Source: Phaeosaccion multiseriatum
Taxonomy: Eukaryota; Protista; Ochrophyta, other classes
Reading direction: 5' to 3'
Assembly (NCBI GenBank): GCA_965112735.1
Contig: OZ218950.1
Location: 6,820,001 to 6,884,000, forward strand
DNA: 64,000 nucleotides
Part shown: positions 13,001 through 24,082 of the stretch, one piece after another
Position numbering within the stretch: position 1 is the first letter of the stretch
Layout of the letters: the number at the start of each line of letters is the position of its first letter
Translations under genes and position numbers: made by a program
The notes under the pieces: generated by a model
What the model saw: the letters and a program-made list of their open reading frames with translations, nothing else
What the model was told of the DNA's origin: nothing
The model's database searches: none

Positions 13001-14370
13001 AGCTGTCTGTCTTTGAATCGCTCTTATCATCCTTCTTGGACCAGCTGGCTCCGAGTCGCCGCTCGGATTTATCGCTCTTCTTTCTGCTGGTCTTTGTTTT
13101 GCTCTTTTTGCCGCCTGATGAGGGGAGGAGCGAGTCAAAAGGAAACAATTTGTGTGTAAGGATGGAGAGAGAGAGAGAGGAGGGAGCGCGTGAACGCAAG
13201 TGCAGTGTGTGCAGAGCGAGGGTAGAGTAAGAGGGGGGGGGGGGGGGCGGGTGCGTGAATGAGAGAAGCAAGGAACTTGCTTGACCGAGCGCGCGAGCGG
13301 CCGAGCGGAGCGAGTAGTACACAGGCCCAAGATGATGACCGAAATAGCAGGACAAGAAGCAGCACAGAAGAAACTCATGGCCGACGACAACTCACCTCCC
13401 TTGGAGCCACGGCCACCGCAGTAGGCCGTGGCTGTATAGCAAGTCTCTCCGTAGGCAGCGCACTGGGCAATGCACTCGTCGGGTACGCACATGGCGGAGG
13501 GGGTGGGGCTGGCCATCCACTTCTTCTTGGAATCGTTGCTCCATGATGACTTGTCCTTGGAATCTGATGAAAGGGAGTGGAGAGGGTGAGTGGGCAGTTG
13601 TGAGTGTGTAGTGGAGAGATGAGGGAGGAGAGGAGGAGAGAGCGAGCAGTCGTCAGGGTAGAATGAAGCGACGAATAGCTACAGCTGGACAGCTGGATAA
13701 GAGAACAAAGCCGAGACCGCCATGTATCCAGCTCTGCAGCCGATAGAGCTGTCCACCACAATCAATCTGCCACAACTCACCCGATTTTTTGCCTGGGGTC
13801 TTGGTGCTCTTCTTGGAATCGTTGTTCCATGATGACTTCTTGTCCTTGGAATCTGATAAAAGGGAGTGTGGAGAGGGTGAGTGGGCAGTTGTGGCTGAGC
13901 GTGTCGGCCCGTCGCTCGTGATGGCTGAGACGGGGAGGGAGTACTACTAGAGCAGGCAGGGAGCGAGCAGAGCAGAGCAGAGTCGAGCAGAGCAGAGCAG
14001 AGTGGCTGGGGGAGAATAGAGCAGAGTGGGGGGGAGTAGAGCAGAATGAAACGACAAGTACAAAGAAGAAGAAGCTGCCATGCATGGCTGAGATGTGCGT
14101 CCACAATCAGTCTGCCACAACAAGAAGCAACTCACCCGACTTTTTGCTGGTAGTAGTAGTCTTCGACATGCTCCACTTATCATCACTCGTGCTATCGTTC
14201 CACGTTGTCTTGCCGTCTTTGGTGCCTTTATCCGACTTTTTGTCGGTGGACTTATTCTTGCTCTTCGTGGACAATCCCCGCCAGAAGTTGTAGGCTCCGG
14301 CCGGATCGACGAGGAGGAGAGCGAGGACGACCGCCGTGGAGGCGCGCCTGACTGTCATCATGGTCAACAT
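10020..14370 (-). CDS. Secreted protein: signal peptide, RxL/KxxK Lys-Ser-rich region, Cys-rich and PT-rich linkers, 17 tandem disintegrin-like modules, C-terminal globular domain; exons 14370-14136, 13852-13781, 13563-13396, 13114-12692, 12442-10020
   Basis: All four introns are GT-AG, phase 1, and give one open frame. Hydrophobic N-terminus (TAVVLALLLVDPAGA). CGNGVVELGEDC is followed by repeated CRxxxxxCDxxExCxGxSxxCPxD, the C-terminal half of an ADAM-type disintegrin domain. Confidence 0.85.
10827..12266 (-). repeat. Coding tandem repeat: 15 near-identical 96-bp (32-aa) units, followed by 2 diverged units to about 10660
   Basis: Unit consensus CRPK[A/D]GLCD[A/V]AE[T/S]CDG[T/A]SA[D/G]CPADVF[V/A]A[G/D]NVE, counted from the translation. 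Confidence 0.97.
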
Positions 14371-14423
14371 AAAAGAGAGAGGAGGATGCACTTGCTTGGT
14401 AAATGAATGCGCAGGAGGGGCAT

Positions 14424-14577
14424 TTAGGTAAGGGTTTTGAGTGTGGTTTCGTGTCGAGAGCAGCATGTGGTCGCGACATTAGCTAAGGCTTATTCGTGTC
14501 GAGAGCACGAGGGGTGGTCTCAAGTCGGAGCCACGACTGAGCGCAGGGGACAGGCTGGCGTACACGCGGATTCGAGC
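14424..14577 (+). repeat. Left inverted repeat of the KDZ element (154 bp), containing two copies of TTCGTGTCGAGAGCA (14448, 14493)
   Basis: Reverse complement of 24083-24237 with only about 6 differences. Confidence 0.95.
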
Positions 14578-14776
14578 ATCCACCATCCCCCCCCCACCCA
14601 CATAGTACTCCTTGAGAGCTCACTCGGTGTCCAGAACGATGACAGACTCGGGGCTACGGCGGTCAGAGAGAAGCGGAACGCAAGCAAGTTTAGGACGGTA
14701 TGTTCGCAACGCCGGTCCCCCCACTCAAAGGAAGGAACCTTCTCCAACGTCTGTCGCACCCCGTAATCCAAACAGC

Positions 14777-16410
14777 ATGGGAAAGGGAAAGGGAAAGGGA
14801 AAGGGAGGGAAAGGAGAACTCGCTGCGAGAGGAGGAGGAGGAGGAGGAGGAAGGAACGGAGGGGCTCCGTCACCGCCGGTAGACACAACAGCGAGGACAG
14901 GAGCGGGAAGGACACCGGCATCCGCAAGTCCGACACCAGGAGGAGCGGGAGGATTGGGAGGACCTCTGTCTGATTTCACAGATTTCACAGCATCTCCAGG
15001 AGGCGAACCGGGGACGGCGGCCGCTCCGTCATCATTACCACCACCCGCGGTAGCACCAGCGACAACAGAGGTTGAGGGAGTAGCGGGAGCAGCGATTTTT
15101 GGAGGAGAAGGGGGCGCCGCAGCAGCATCAAGGATTCCTTCTCCACCAACTACAATTGGAACAGAGGGCCTTGCGGAGGGGGCTTTGGAAAGGGGTAGCG
15201 GAGAGAGTCAAGCCGAACTTAGCAAAGCCCAGGAACATGCTGCTGCCACTGCTGCTGCCACTGCTGCCTCTGCTACTGCCTCCGGATCCGTGCTCCGAGA
15301 GGCAGGGAAGTCCACGTCAGCACTCCCTAGTGGCGCGAGAGGAGGAAAAACTAAGAGGTGAGAAGGGCCTGCCTTGTCTCGTCTTTAAAGCTTCATTCTG
15401 TCCGCCTGCTGTAACGATTTCAACACGTCTCTTCCAACACCCCTGCGCAGAACGACGCAGAAGAAAATCCTTGGGCTCCTGAAAGCCAATGCAGTGTCAT
15501 CACAGGAGAGGGAGGCGTTAAAGAAGCAGTACAGAGGCAAAATGAACGCCGCTGCGGCCATGTTGGCGGCCTGCGGCGAGAAAATTGTTATCGTTGCGGC
15601 GGAAGACAGTGAGGTCCGAAAGATTGTGACTAACAATTTCCCGAATGGCAGCGTCCTGGCTACGGCTCTGCGAGACTCCCGTGTGAATTCCATCATCCGC
15701 GAAGCTGTGAACGATATTCTTCCGAGGCAAGTGCAAACGTCTACAGCTGTTCAAGCGTCCGAACCCAGGACCCCTGAAAAGATTGTGGAGGAGGACGTGT
15801 CAGTGAAAGAGCTGCGCAAGGTCTGTGCGGTCTTGATGAAGCGCCATGCAGGAGATGTTCTGCAGGGAAAAGTCGAACAGAAGAAGCAGGAAGCCGCGCA
15901 GAGGGGGGCAGGGGGACGGCAGGAGGCCGTGGCGGACCCTGGGACAGGGGGGCGGTCAGGGATGGTCTTCACCAGCTCAACGCGAAAGGCATCGCCGACA
16001 GCGGCCACAGGTACTGCATCGGAGCGACGCCGCAACCGAAGTATTGGCAAGGTGTGACCTACAACGGCAAAGCTATGGACTGGAAGGGATTTGGAGCCTT
16101 TCTCAAAGCAAAGCACTACGCGTGTTTGAGAATTCCCGAGAGCTTGGCGCACTCTGTGGTGGTTGCGTACACGAGGCACGTGTACGCAGCGGCGGCTGGA
16201 AGCAGCGGCGACAGCAACGGCTCAAACACCACCAGGGATCGCCAGAGGATCGGATCCGAAGCCGTCGAAGGCAGTCTGCATTCATTGATCAGAGAGGGCA
16301 ACAAAGACGTCGCGGAGGCCCCACTCGACAAGGGCAGCAAGAAGCGAAAGCGGGGAGAGGCGGAGGCAACACCACCAGTATCAGTACCACCAGTAATGAC
16401 TAATGTATGA
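14777..16410 (+). CDS. KDZ-element ORF2, unknown protein with a low-complexity Gly/Ala/Pro N-terminus and basic NLS-like patches; intron 15358-15450, apparent 2-nt frameshift at about 16052
   Basis: ATG 14777 lies about 200 bp inside the left repeat. A GT-AG phase-2 intron joins ORF 14612-15361 to 15494-16057 in frame. The GGTGTGACC dinucleotide slip links to ORF 16054-16410 (GKVTYNGKAMDW...SKKRKR). Confidence 0.55.
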
Positions 16411-16417
16411 TTTAGAT

Positions 16418-19400
16418 TTAAGTCTCTCCTGCCTCCTTCCTCCGCTCCGCCTCCTTCAGCAGCATCCGCGCGATCTCATTGCGCTTCTCCCCCATGTCTT
16501 CCTCCCGCACCTCCTCCTTGAGGGACTTGCCCTCATAGATGCACCTTGCAAAGGACACAGTAAAGACTCCGCAGTCGTATCCATTCTTCTGCCAGGGGGT
16601 CGTGTCGCTGCAAGTCGGCAGGGACTGCCATCCAACCATGTCCATGGGCGCTGCAGACAGGAGGAAGAAGGGGGGGGGGGGTGGTTAATGAGAGACAGAA
16701 GACACAGCGGTGAGCTTGCCCAGACACTTACTCTTGAGCTTATCCACGTGCTCGTCCTGCAGCCAAAGCATGATAGCGTTGCGTGCGAGGTCGCCTTTGC
16801 CCCACTTGCTGTCGTAGCACTGCACTACCTTCTTCTCCATGTCAATGACCACCAAATACCAGTGATGCATGTGAATGTTGACCGGCACAGTGACCTTGCC
16901 ACACTCGAAAACGTTTCCCCCCACCACCTTTTCGCCTTGTGTCCACCTCTTCACGTTCGCGTAGACGTACTGGTCCATGCTGAGGAACTTGTCGGTGAGC
17001 TTGTGGAGGAAGTGGGAGTTGAAGAAGTGGGTCGGGCGGCGTTCGCTGTCCAGCTCACACTTCGTCTTGTCGTCCTCTGCCATAAGGTCGAGGCAGAGAT
17101 TGATCACCTCGTCGTTCAGCCACGTGAAGGACAGCAGGCACCGTAGCGTGTTCCGCGTAATCTCGGCGTTGAAGAGCGTAAAGAGAATTTCGTCCCCCTG
17201 CCCACCGTGGAAGGCCCATTGTAGGGCGGCCTCGTCACCCTCTGGCGGCAGCCCCGCCGTGTTTGCCTCTGTAGGTCGCCCCCTCTTTCGCTTGCGACTC
17301 TGCCCCTCCCCCGCCCCTGCTGTGACTCCTGCTCCCCCCTCCCCGCCTCCTTCTGATGCTCCTGCTCCTTGCCCTCTCCCTTCTGATCTCTGTGCCTCTT
17401 CCTCTCCTTCTTGTACTGCCCCCCTGGGGTCTGTATCCTCGGATTTCTCTTCCTCTACCCCTTCGTCCTCCTGCACGACGCTGCCCACCGAATCGCCCCG
17501 CGGCGACGGTTGAGGCGCCTCACGATGGAGGCCTTGGCGGAGGCCCACAAGAAGAGGGCTGGAACTGGCCTCGCCAACCTGCTCCTGGACAGGGGTGCGG
17601 CGTGAGAGGAGTAAAAAGGATGGAGGGAGGAGAGGTGGGATGGTTTTCGAGTGAGACACCCAGACGAGGTCAGCCGAAGCCTCCAAAGCCAACCAGAAAC
17701 GAACATTCTCTTCCTCCGGGCTGATGGTCTCCATGTCGGGCATGGTGACCTGTAAAGGAGAGACACACACACACACACACACACAAACATACACACACAC
17801 ATGTATCACTTTGACAAGCAAGCCTGGAAGGGGGCCAGGGTAAAGCACCTACCGCTTCGATTGCTCCTCGTGAGCCTTCCGCGGCCATGTCCTTCAGTCT
17901 CTTCTCCGCGACCATGTGTAAGAAAACGTTAACGTACATCTGAGCTGTGCGCGACGACATGTGCGCCAACTGGGAGTCCACAGGCAAGGCAGGCAGGCAC
18001 AAAAAGCAAGGAAGTGAGGAGAAAAACTTGAGTGAGCTGTAGCCCGAGACTCTCCTTCACCTGCGTGGCGATTTTGCGAACCTCCTTGTTGTTCTGCTCC
18101 GCCGCTTGGGTGTCAAGGCTTCGCAAGACGCTGAGGAAGAGACGACAATCACGACGGGGAAGGCGGCTGAGTTCTTACACTGTGGGGAAACTGAATTGCC
18201 CAGGGGAATGTACCCAATTCAAGGGTATGGGCAGGGGGCAGGAGAGAGAGGGGGGGGGGGGACTTTACCTGTACTCTTCGAACAAGAGAGGCACATTCTT
18301 CTCGTACGCTGACCGTTTCATCAAACTCAAGATGCCGTAAAGGGTGTTGCAGGCCACATGGTTGGGCAAATGAAAGCGGTCCAGGCAAAACCTGATGCGA
18401 AAAAGTAGGCGCGGGTCCCGGTACAAGATGTACTTGTGCAGCTTACACACTGGGCCAGGAGGACGAGGAGAGGAGCAACGGAGAGCAACGGAGAGCAACG
18501 CAGAGCAACGGAGAGCAGAAGTTAGGCATTTCCTTGGCAACTGCTGCATCAACCCAGCACACTCTGTTCACCGCGGAGGCAGCAGAGGGGGTACGGACGC
18601 TGCCTGCCGCACTTCCAACCCTTTTCAGTGACACTGAAGGAAATTCCAATCCCTTCGGAGGCGAAGCGGTACAGGGTTGAGGCATCGCAGAGCACTGTAG
18701 AGGCACCAACAAAGCATGAACAGGGCGTCATACACACTCTGTATCACTTCAGAAGCACCAGGAATGAGTACGGGCATTCCCCCCCCCCCCGCCCCCCCAC
18801 AACCAAAAAAAGTCAGGCCGACTAAGTCACTGAATCAGCCCCCCTACGTGACCATGGTGGACCCTTGCCACAAACCCAGCGCGCATCGCTTGCCTCTGGT
18901 GAGGCGCACAAGGAAACATGGGCCTGACCAATCTATGTACCCTGCACCAGTGACTTCACAGGTGGTCTTGGCCCTCCCCCTCTGCGTCTCAGCTTGGGGA
19001 AGATCACCACCCCTGTTACGTGTCAGCCAAGCCGGAGGTATTTTCCCGAATCTCTTTGTCAGGAGCTCAGATAAAGGATCCTCTACAATCCTACCAACCC
19101 TCAAACATGCAGCAGTCCATTCACCTCCTCTGCTTGGGCCAAACCGGCACCCAGTTTGCTCGTGCCGCCAAAGTAAGTCACTGAATCACCCCCCCTGGGT
19201 CACCATGGTGGACGCTTGGCCGAAATCTAGCGCGGATCGTTTGAGTTTGGTCAGGGCTACAAGGAAACCTAATCAGACATTGGGGTAGAAACCCACAAGG
19301 TTGACTTCACAGGTTAGCGTAGCAAATCCCTCTCATTTCTGCCCCAAAACAGGGAAAACGACCACCTGCACAGCGTTTAAGCCGGCATGACCAACTTGCC

Positions 19401-22400
19401 CCACTATTTTTGGTCTGAAGCTGCCCCTACGCATCCTCTACCCCTCTGCAGATTACTAAGCGGTGCCGCAGTCACTGATCCCCTTCCCTCCACCCAAACA
19501 CTTTCGATTCTGCTCATGTCTGACCCTGTCAGGCACCGAATCACGCCCGAGGGGGGTCACACGACAGGCACAAGTGACCAGGACTTTCTCGCAGGCCCAG
19601 CTTGACCCCTCCACACTTTTCCGACTCTTCTGGAGATGTCAGAAAGGTGTGAAGAGTATACTAGCAGTGCTGCGGAACCGTCCTTACTTGTCCCCGCGGC
19701 CTTTGAGGAGTCGAGAGGGAGTACAGGGGGCATCGGCAGCATCGCCGGACCCTCAGTACTCCTCACCGAACCCTCTAAAGACCTCGGGACGTCATAAACA
19801 CTGTACCAGCAGCACTACCAGACTCTGCACACTCCTCCCCGACCCTCGAGAGGGCCTTCACCGCTTCAAAGGCTCCACACTCATTCCCCACAAACAACCC
19901 TCAGACGCGTTAAGCTCACCGTTGTCGTAGATCCATAGCACTCTCGCGTGCTTGGAACTTGAAGCACTCCAGCGTCGAATCAGCTCAAAAGGGTACGCCA
20001 CCGACTCTGGCCTCGGCATGAACAGCTGGGCGAGCGGGAACCGATGAGAACAGAAGCATAAGAACAAGCCCGACGACATGTTGGCACAGCTGCTGCTGTT
20101 CTTGCAGCACAAGCCGTCGTCCTTGTCCACTCCGGTCTTGTTTGAGGAAGGCCCGCGGTTCTCCTCATCCTGTGCGTAGGGTCGCCTCTCCGGTCTCTGC
20201 GGTACAAGAGACGAGAAAAAGGCCCAACAACACACAAAGGCGAGAGGACAAGTAGGCGAGTTCAGGGTTGAGCCAGAAGGGCGGGGGGGAATGGTTCGAA
20301 GGCAGGAGTACGGAGCGCATGGTTTTGGACATGAGAGAAAGGAGGTGGGTGGGTGGGGGGGGGGTAGCGGGGGGTAGCGGGAGGGGAAAGGGGGGCGGAA
20401 AGCTCAGCAAGGTCACAAAGCGGGGAAGCCATGATCCCATGCGGTGCTGTCCACTTACACTTTCGAAGGTCTGCGAGCAGCAGAATCCTTGTGCCCAGTC
20501 ATCGTCCTTCGACACGACCTTCGTCTCCAAGGGGCGGTGCAGTCCCTTGTCCGCCTCGTCCATCTCCTTACACACGACTATGAAGCGGTTTCGCACCTCA
20601 TTCCTACGCTGAACATTCCCCAGAAGGAAAGTGGGTGTCTTGTGCGCAAAACACTCCTCGTGCACGAAGTGGAGCCTTCCCTCTTCAACGGCCTTCTCGT
20701 GGCGCTCCCTCAGGAGCCTATACTCCATCACTGCCATGGCAAAAAGAGGGTAGTGCCTCCAGAGGCGAGTCAAGAGCTCCGGGGGCACTCCTCCATGTCC
20801 TTCTCCAGCCAATCTGCAAGCCAAAGGTGTGTCCCGAAAATGTACCTGCCGGTGGGTGCACCGAGGCCCAGAGGAGGGACAGTTGCAGCTCAGTACAGAC
20901 AAAAAAACTGCACAGGCCGGAGCGACTTGTCCAGGCCTTCTCTGTCTCAAGGACGCACCTCTCTACCTCCTTCGAGTCCAGCACGTGCACATCGTCCTCG
21001 TGCCCCGCGTCTGGTGAGACTCCTTCGTCCTCGTCAAAAGGCCCCGTCAAAGCTGTTGAAAGTACGTCCTCCTCAACGCCTTCGACTCCTCCACTGAGCC
21101 CCGGGAGAACGTCCGACGCTCCATCCGCCGCAAAGTTCCTGCACAAGTATCTCCAGAGGGGAGGGAACACTTCCGCAGTCGGGACTCCAACGGCGGGACT
21201 TTGAATGGGAAGGGATTGAGGGGGGCAGGGGGGATATCCAGGGGGGGGGGGGCAGAGCGTTTGGACGATTGGAAGTGTAGGGTGCGGTGCAGAGTGAAAG
21301 AAGAGTTCATGATGGTGGCCTTGCCTCACCTCACGGACTCGGCCTTGTAGCCCGCGAAAGCGTCAAACCACATGAAACAGTCCTTCACCCATTCCGGTAC
21401 TTCACCGCCATTTTGCAGCTCGGTAAGCTCCTCTCTTGTCAGCTGGGGACGATGCTTCCCCTCCTTGCCGCCACTCGTTTTCACTCGTGCATACCTCAGC
21501 AGGGCACTGCGTGTAGGCTGCTGACGAGAACCAAGCTCCGTGATATCCCCGAAGTGTAAGCGCTTCAGCGGGGGGAGGTCCTTTCTGACTGAGTTGGTCG
21601 GTTCAGCCAGATTCATCAACTTTCGTTGAAGGCCTGAATCAGTGAGTGCACATGTCGCAAGCATACAGAGGCATGGGTGTGGGACGAGGGACGACGGACG
21701 TGATGCATACACGAAGTGACGTAGCGAAATCAAGGGGAGAAGGGGAAAGAAAGGGGGGGGGGGAGAAGAGGGCGGGGGGGCATATACGGAGGGAGGATCG
21801 GATCGAGGGAGGCAAGGGGTAAGGCCCCTATGGGGAGGAAGGAATACATAGGAGAGCAGCTGATACCGCGAGAGAGTAGGAGGCAGTAGGAGGGGGCAGA
21901 GAAGAAGCAGGGGCGGTGTGTAGGCAGCGAGGGAGGACGCGAACGAGGTAGGCAGGAGGGTAGGGGGGTAGGGGCGGGGGCGGTGGACAGAGAGTGAAGA
22001 GGAGGGGGTACGCAGGGGGACGGGTGGGTGGGGGGGGGGGAGCGGTGGGCAGGGAGGGAAGGGGGGGAAGAAGGGAGAACAGAGGCAGGCCAGGCGCGGG
22101 TGGGGGGGCGGGGGGAGGGAGGAAGGGAGAGAGGGATGGGAGGGATGGGAGGGATGGGAGGGATGGGAGGGAGGTAGGGAGGCTGCTCAACACTTACCCT
22201 CCATGAGACCGTCGACAACGAATGCCCACGGGTCCAGACCGTAAATAGGGCAACACGGCCAGGGGTCCAGGACGCCCTCCATATTGAGGAGGAAGGCCAT
22301 GAGGCCCTGCCTGCCCCGCGCTCTCAGAGTCTCCGCAGGGATCGTGAGCACATCTGTCAAGCCAAGTCTAGATGCTCCGTCCACGCAGCATCCTGTCCAG

Positions 22401-23899
22401 TTGGCTGCTGTAGTACCGTTGCGTCGGATTTGGTCGAGAAAGTCGAAGCCAGCTTTGTAAGCCAAGACTGTGGTATACGTGCTCCGAAAGAGGGCATGGC
22501 TGGAGGTATCCGCCAGGGCGATGTGGCCGCACCTGGGGCATTGATAGTCCACGAGCACGAGGTAGTGCGGGAAGACCGCTTCCTGTGTCCAAAGACAAGG
22601 TTGACTGTGGATGGCAGTCATGCTCGAGCCACAGCTGGCGCATATCGAAAGTGCTTCAATCCGCTGTGGGTAGGGCTTGCCGTAAAAGTAGGCCTGCATC
22701 AGCTCCACTATCTCCGAGTTGGCCCCCCTGTCGCCCTAACCATGCCACTTGACGTTGGTGCAGCGATATTGCGTCCCCATTTGTTATAGTCTCCACCATC
22801 TCTTGAATATTGCGCGTCGGCCTGTGGTGCGGCGTGTCCGAGTACTCGGGCGCCGCCGCTCTGGGTTCGTCCGAGTGTAACTCCTCCCAAGCGATGCCAT
22901 ACATGTCGTCGCCCCCCCCCCCCCAAAGTCTCCTGCCCCATCGTACACGTCTTCACTCCCTACGTCTTGAAAGAAGCCGTCCTCCCCTTCCCCCCTGTCC
23001 CCACAGCCCCCGCCCCCTCCGGAGGTGGGAAGAAGGGCGTCCCGTGACACGAGATGCGCAGCAATCTCGCACTCCCCTTGCTGGCACTCCATGCCCAGCA
23101 GACTCAGACAAGTGCCACAGGCGGGACACAAATTGCGACTGCAGAGCTCGCCACAAAGTGACTGGAAAAGTAAACGACAGCGAGCGACAGGGGATTCAGG
23201 GGGGGGGGTGTGGAGGTCAAGTGAGACCAAATCGAAGCGAAAGCGAGCTGTGTCAGACTTTTCGTCAATAGCTCCACTCCCTACCCATCGTACCTTATGA
23301 CCCACGCACTCCAAGCCTTCACGCACTGGTTCAGGAAGCTGTGCGCATCGCTCACTCCAGGAGGAAGATACGTCCCACAAGAGGGTGCTCTCGGGGAGGG
23401 GTGAAGAGAGCAGTGAGGAGGCGAGGAACTTGGCGCAACAACTCTCGGCACTGTCGATTCTTACAGCAGGGGCGGTCTCCTGGATGGACAATGAGTGCCG
23501 GCGACGGAAGGCAGTCTTGTGTGCACCGAGTCCGTGCAGCTCTCCACAGTGCAGATGGCATAACCGGTGCAAACATTCAGAGCTGCTTGGCAGCACGGAA
23601 CCATTCCACCCCTCAATGCAGTTACCAGGATGAGGACACATACTGTTGAAGACCTTGCGTTGGCCCTCAAGTGTGATACCAGACAGGGACAGCTTCGCTT
23701 TCCGCAATGTTTCTAACAATGCCTGAAAGATCAGCCATTCCTCATCAATCGCTCGTTCGGCAAACGTGTACTCGAGGCCTACGGTACTCTCAACTGCAGC
23801 ACACTCATCGTACCGTCGCTGGAGTCTATCGCCCGAAGCGCTGAGGTCGTCGAAGAGCCCGAGCATATCTCCAGTACTCTCTGCACTCGCAACAGGCAT
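16418..23899 (-). CDS. Multi-exon KDZ transposase fused to a C-terminal Ulp1/SENP (C48) SUMO protease
   Basis: Cys-cluster region (CASCG...CPRCG...CCPIYGLDPWAFVVDG), then RRPY..D...C.K....GLFLCFCSH...MPRPES, WIYDN|VCKLHKYILYRDP...LDRFHLPNHVAC and DTQAAEQNN. These give the KDZ D-D-E triad and C/H motifs. Ulp1 motifs are WLNDEVIN, FFNSHF, VPVNIHMHHW, YDS and QKNGYDCGVF. Most splice junctions were traced in frame, but the donor near 20925 is unresolved. Two frameshifts fall in G homopolymers (about 22912-22924 and 22723-22728). Confidence 0.88.
18823..19520. repeat. Diverged tandem duplication of about 351 bp inside the 1470-bp transposase intron (18450-19919)
   Basis: TAAGTCACTGAATCA..ACCATGGTGGAC..ACAAGGAAAC..TGACTTCACAGGT occurs at 18823-18963 and again at 19174-19314. 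Confidence 0.85.
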
Positions 23900-24082
23900 G
23901 GTGACGTGTGTAACTGTCTCTCACCTTGTTTCCCACCCTGAAAGGGCGCTGAAGTCTTAACGTTTGAGGACGTAAGAGCAGCCCAGTAGAGAGTGGGAAA
24001 GACAAGCAGAGGAGGGAAAAGGTCGTGTCATTACCACGCAGTGCGAAGAGGAGATCCCGAGAAGATCCAGTGTGCCCGTGCG

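Noticed and set aside
18716-19288. 190-aa ORF nested antisense in the transposase intron
   Set aside because: No recognisable domain; the second repeat unit hits a stop, so the repeated peptide is explained by the DNA duplication.
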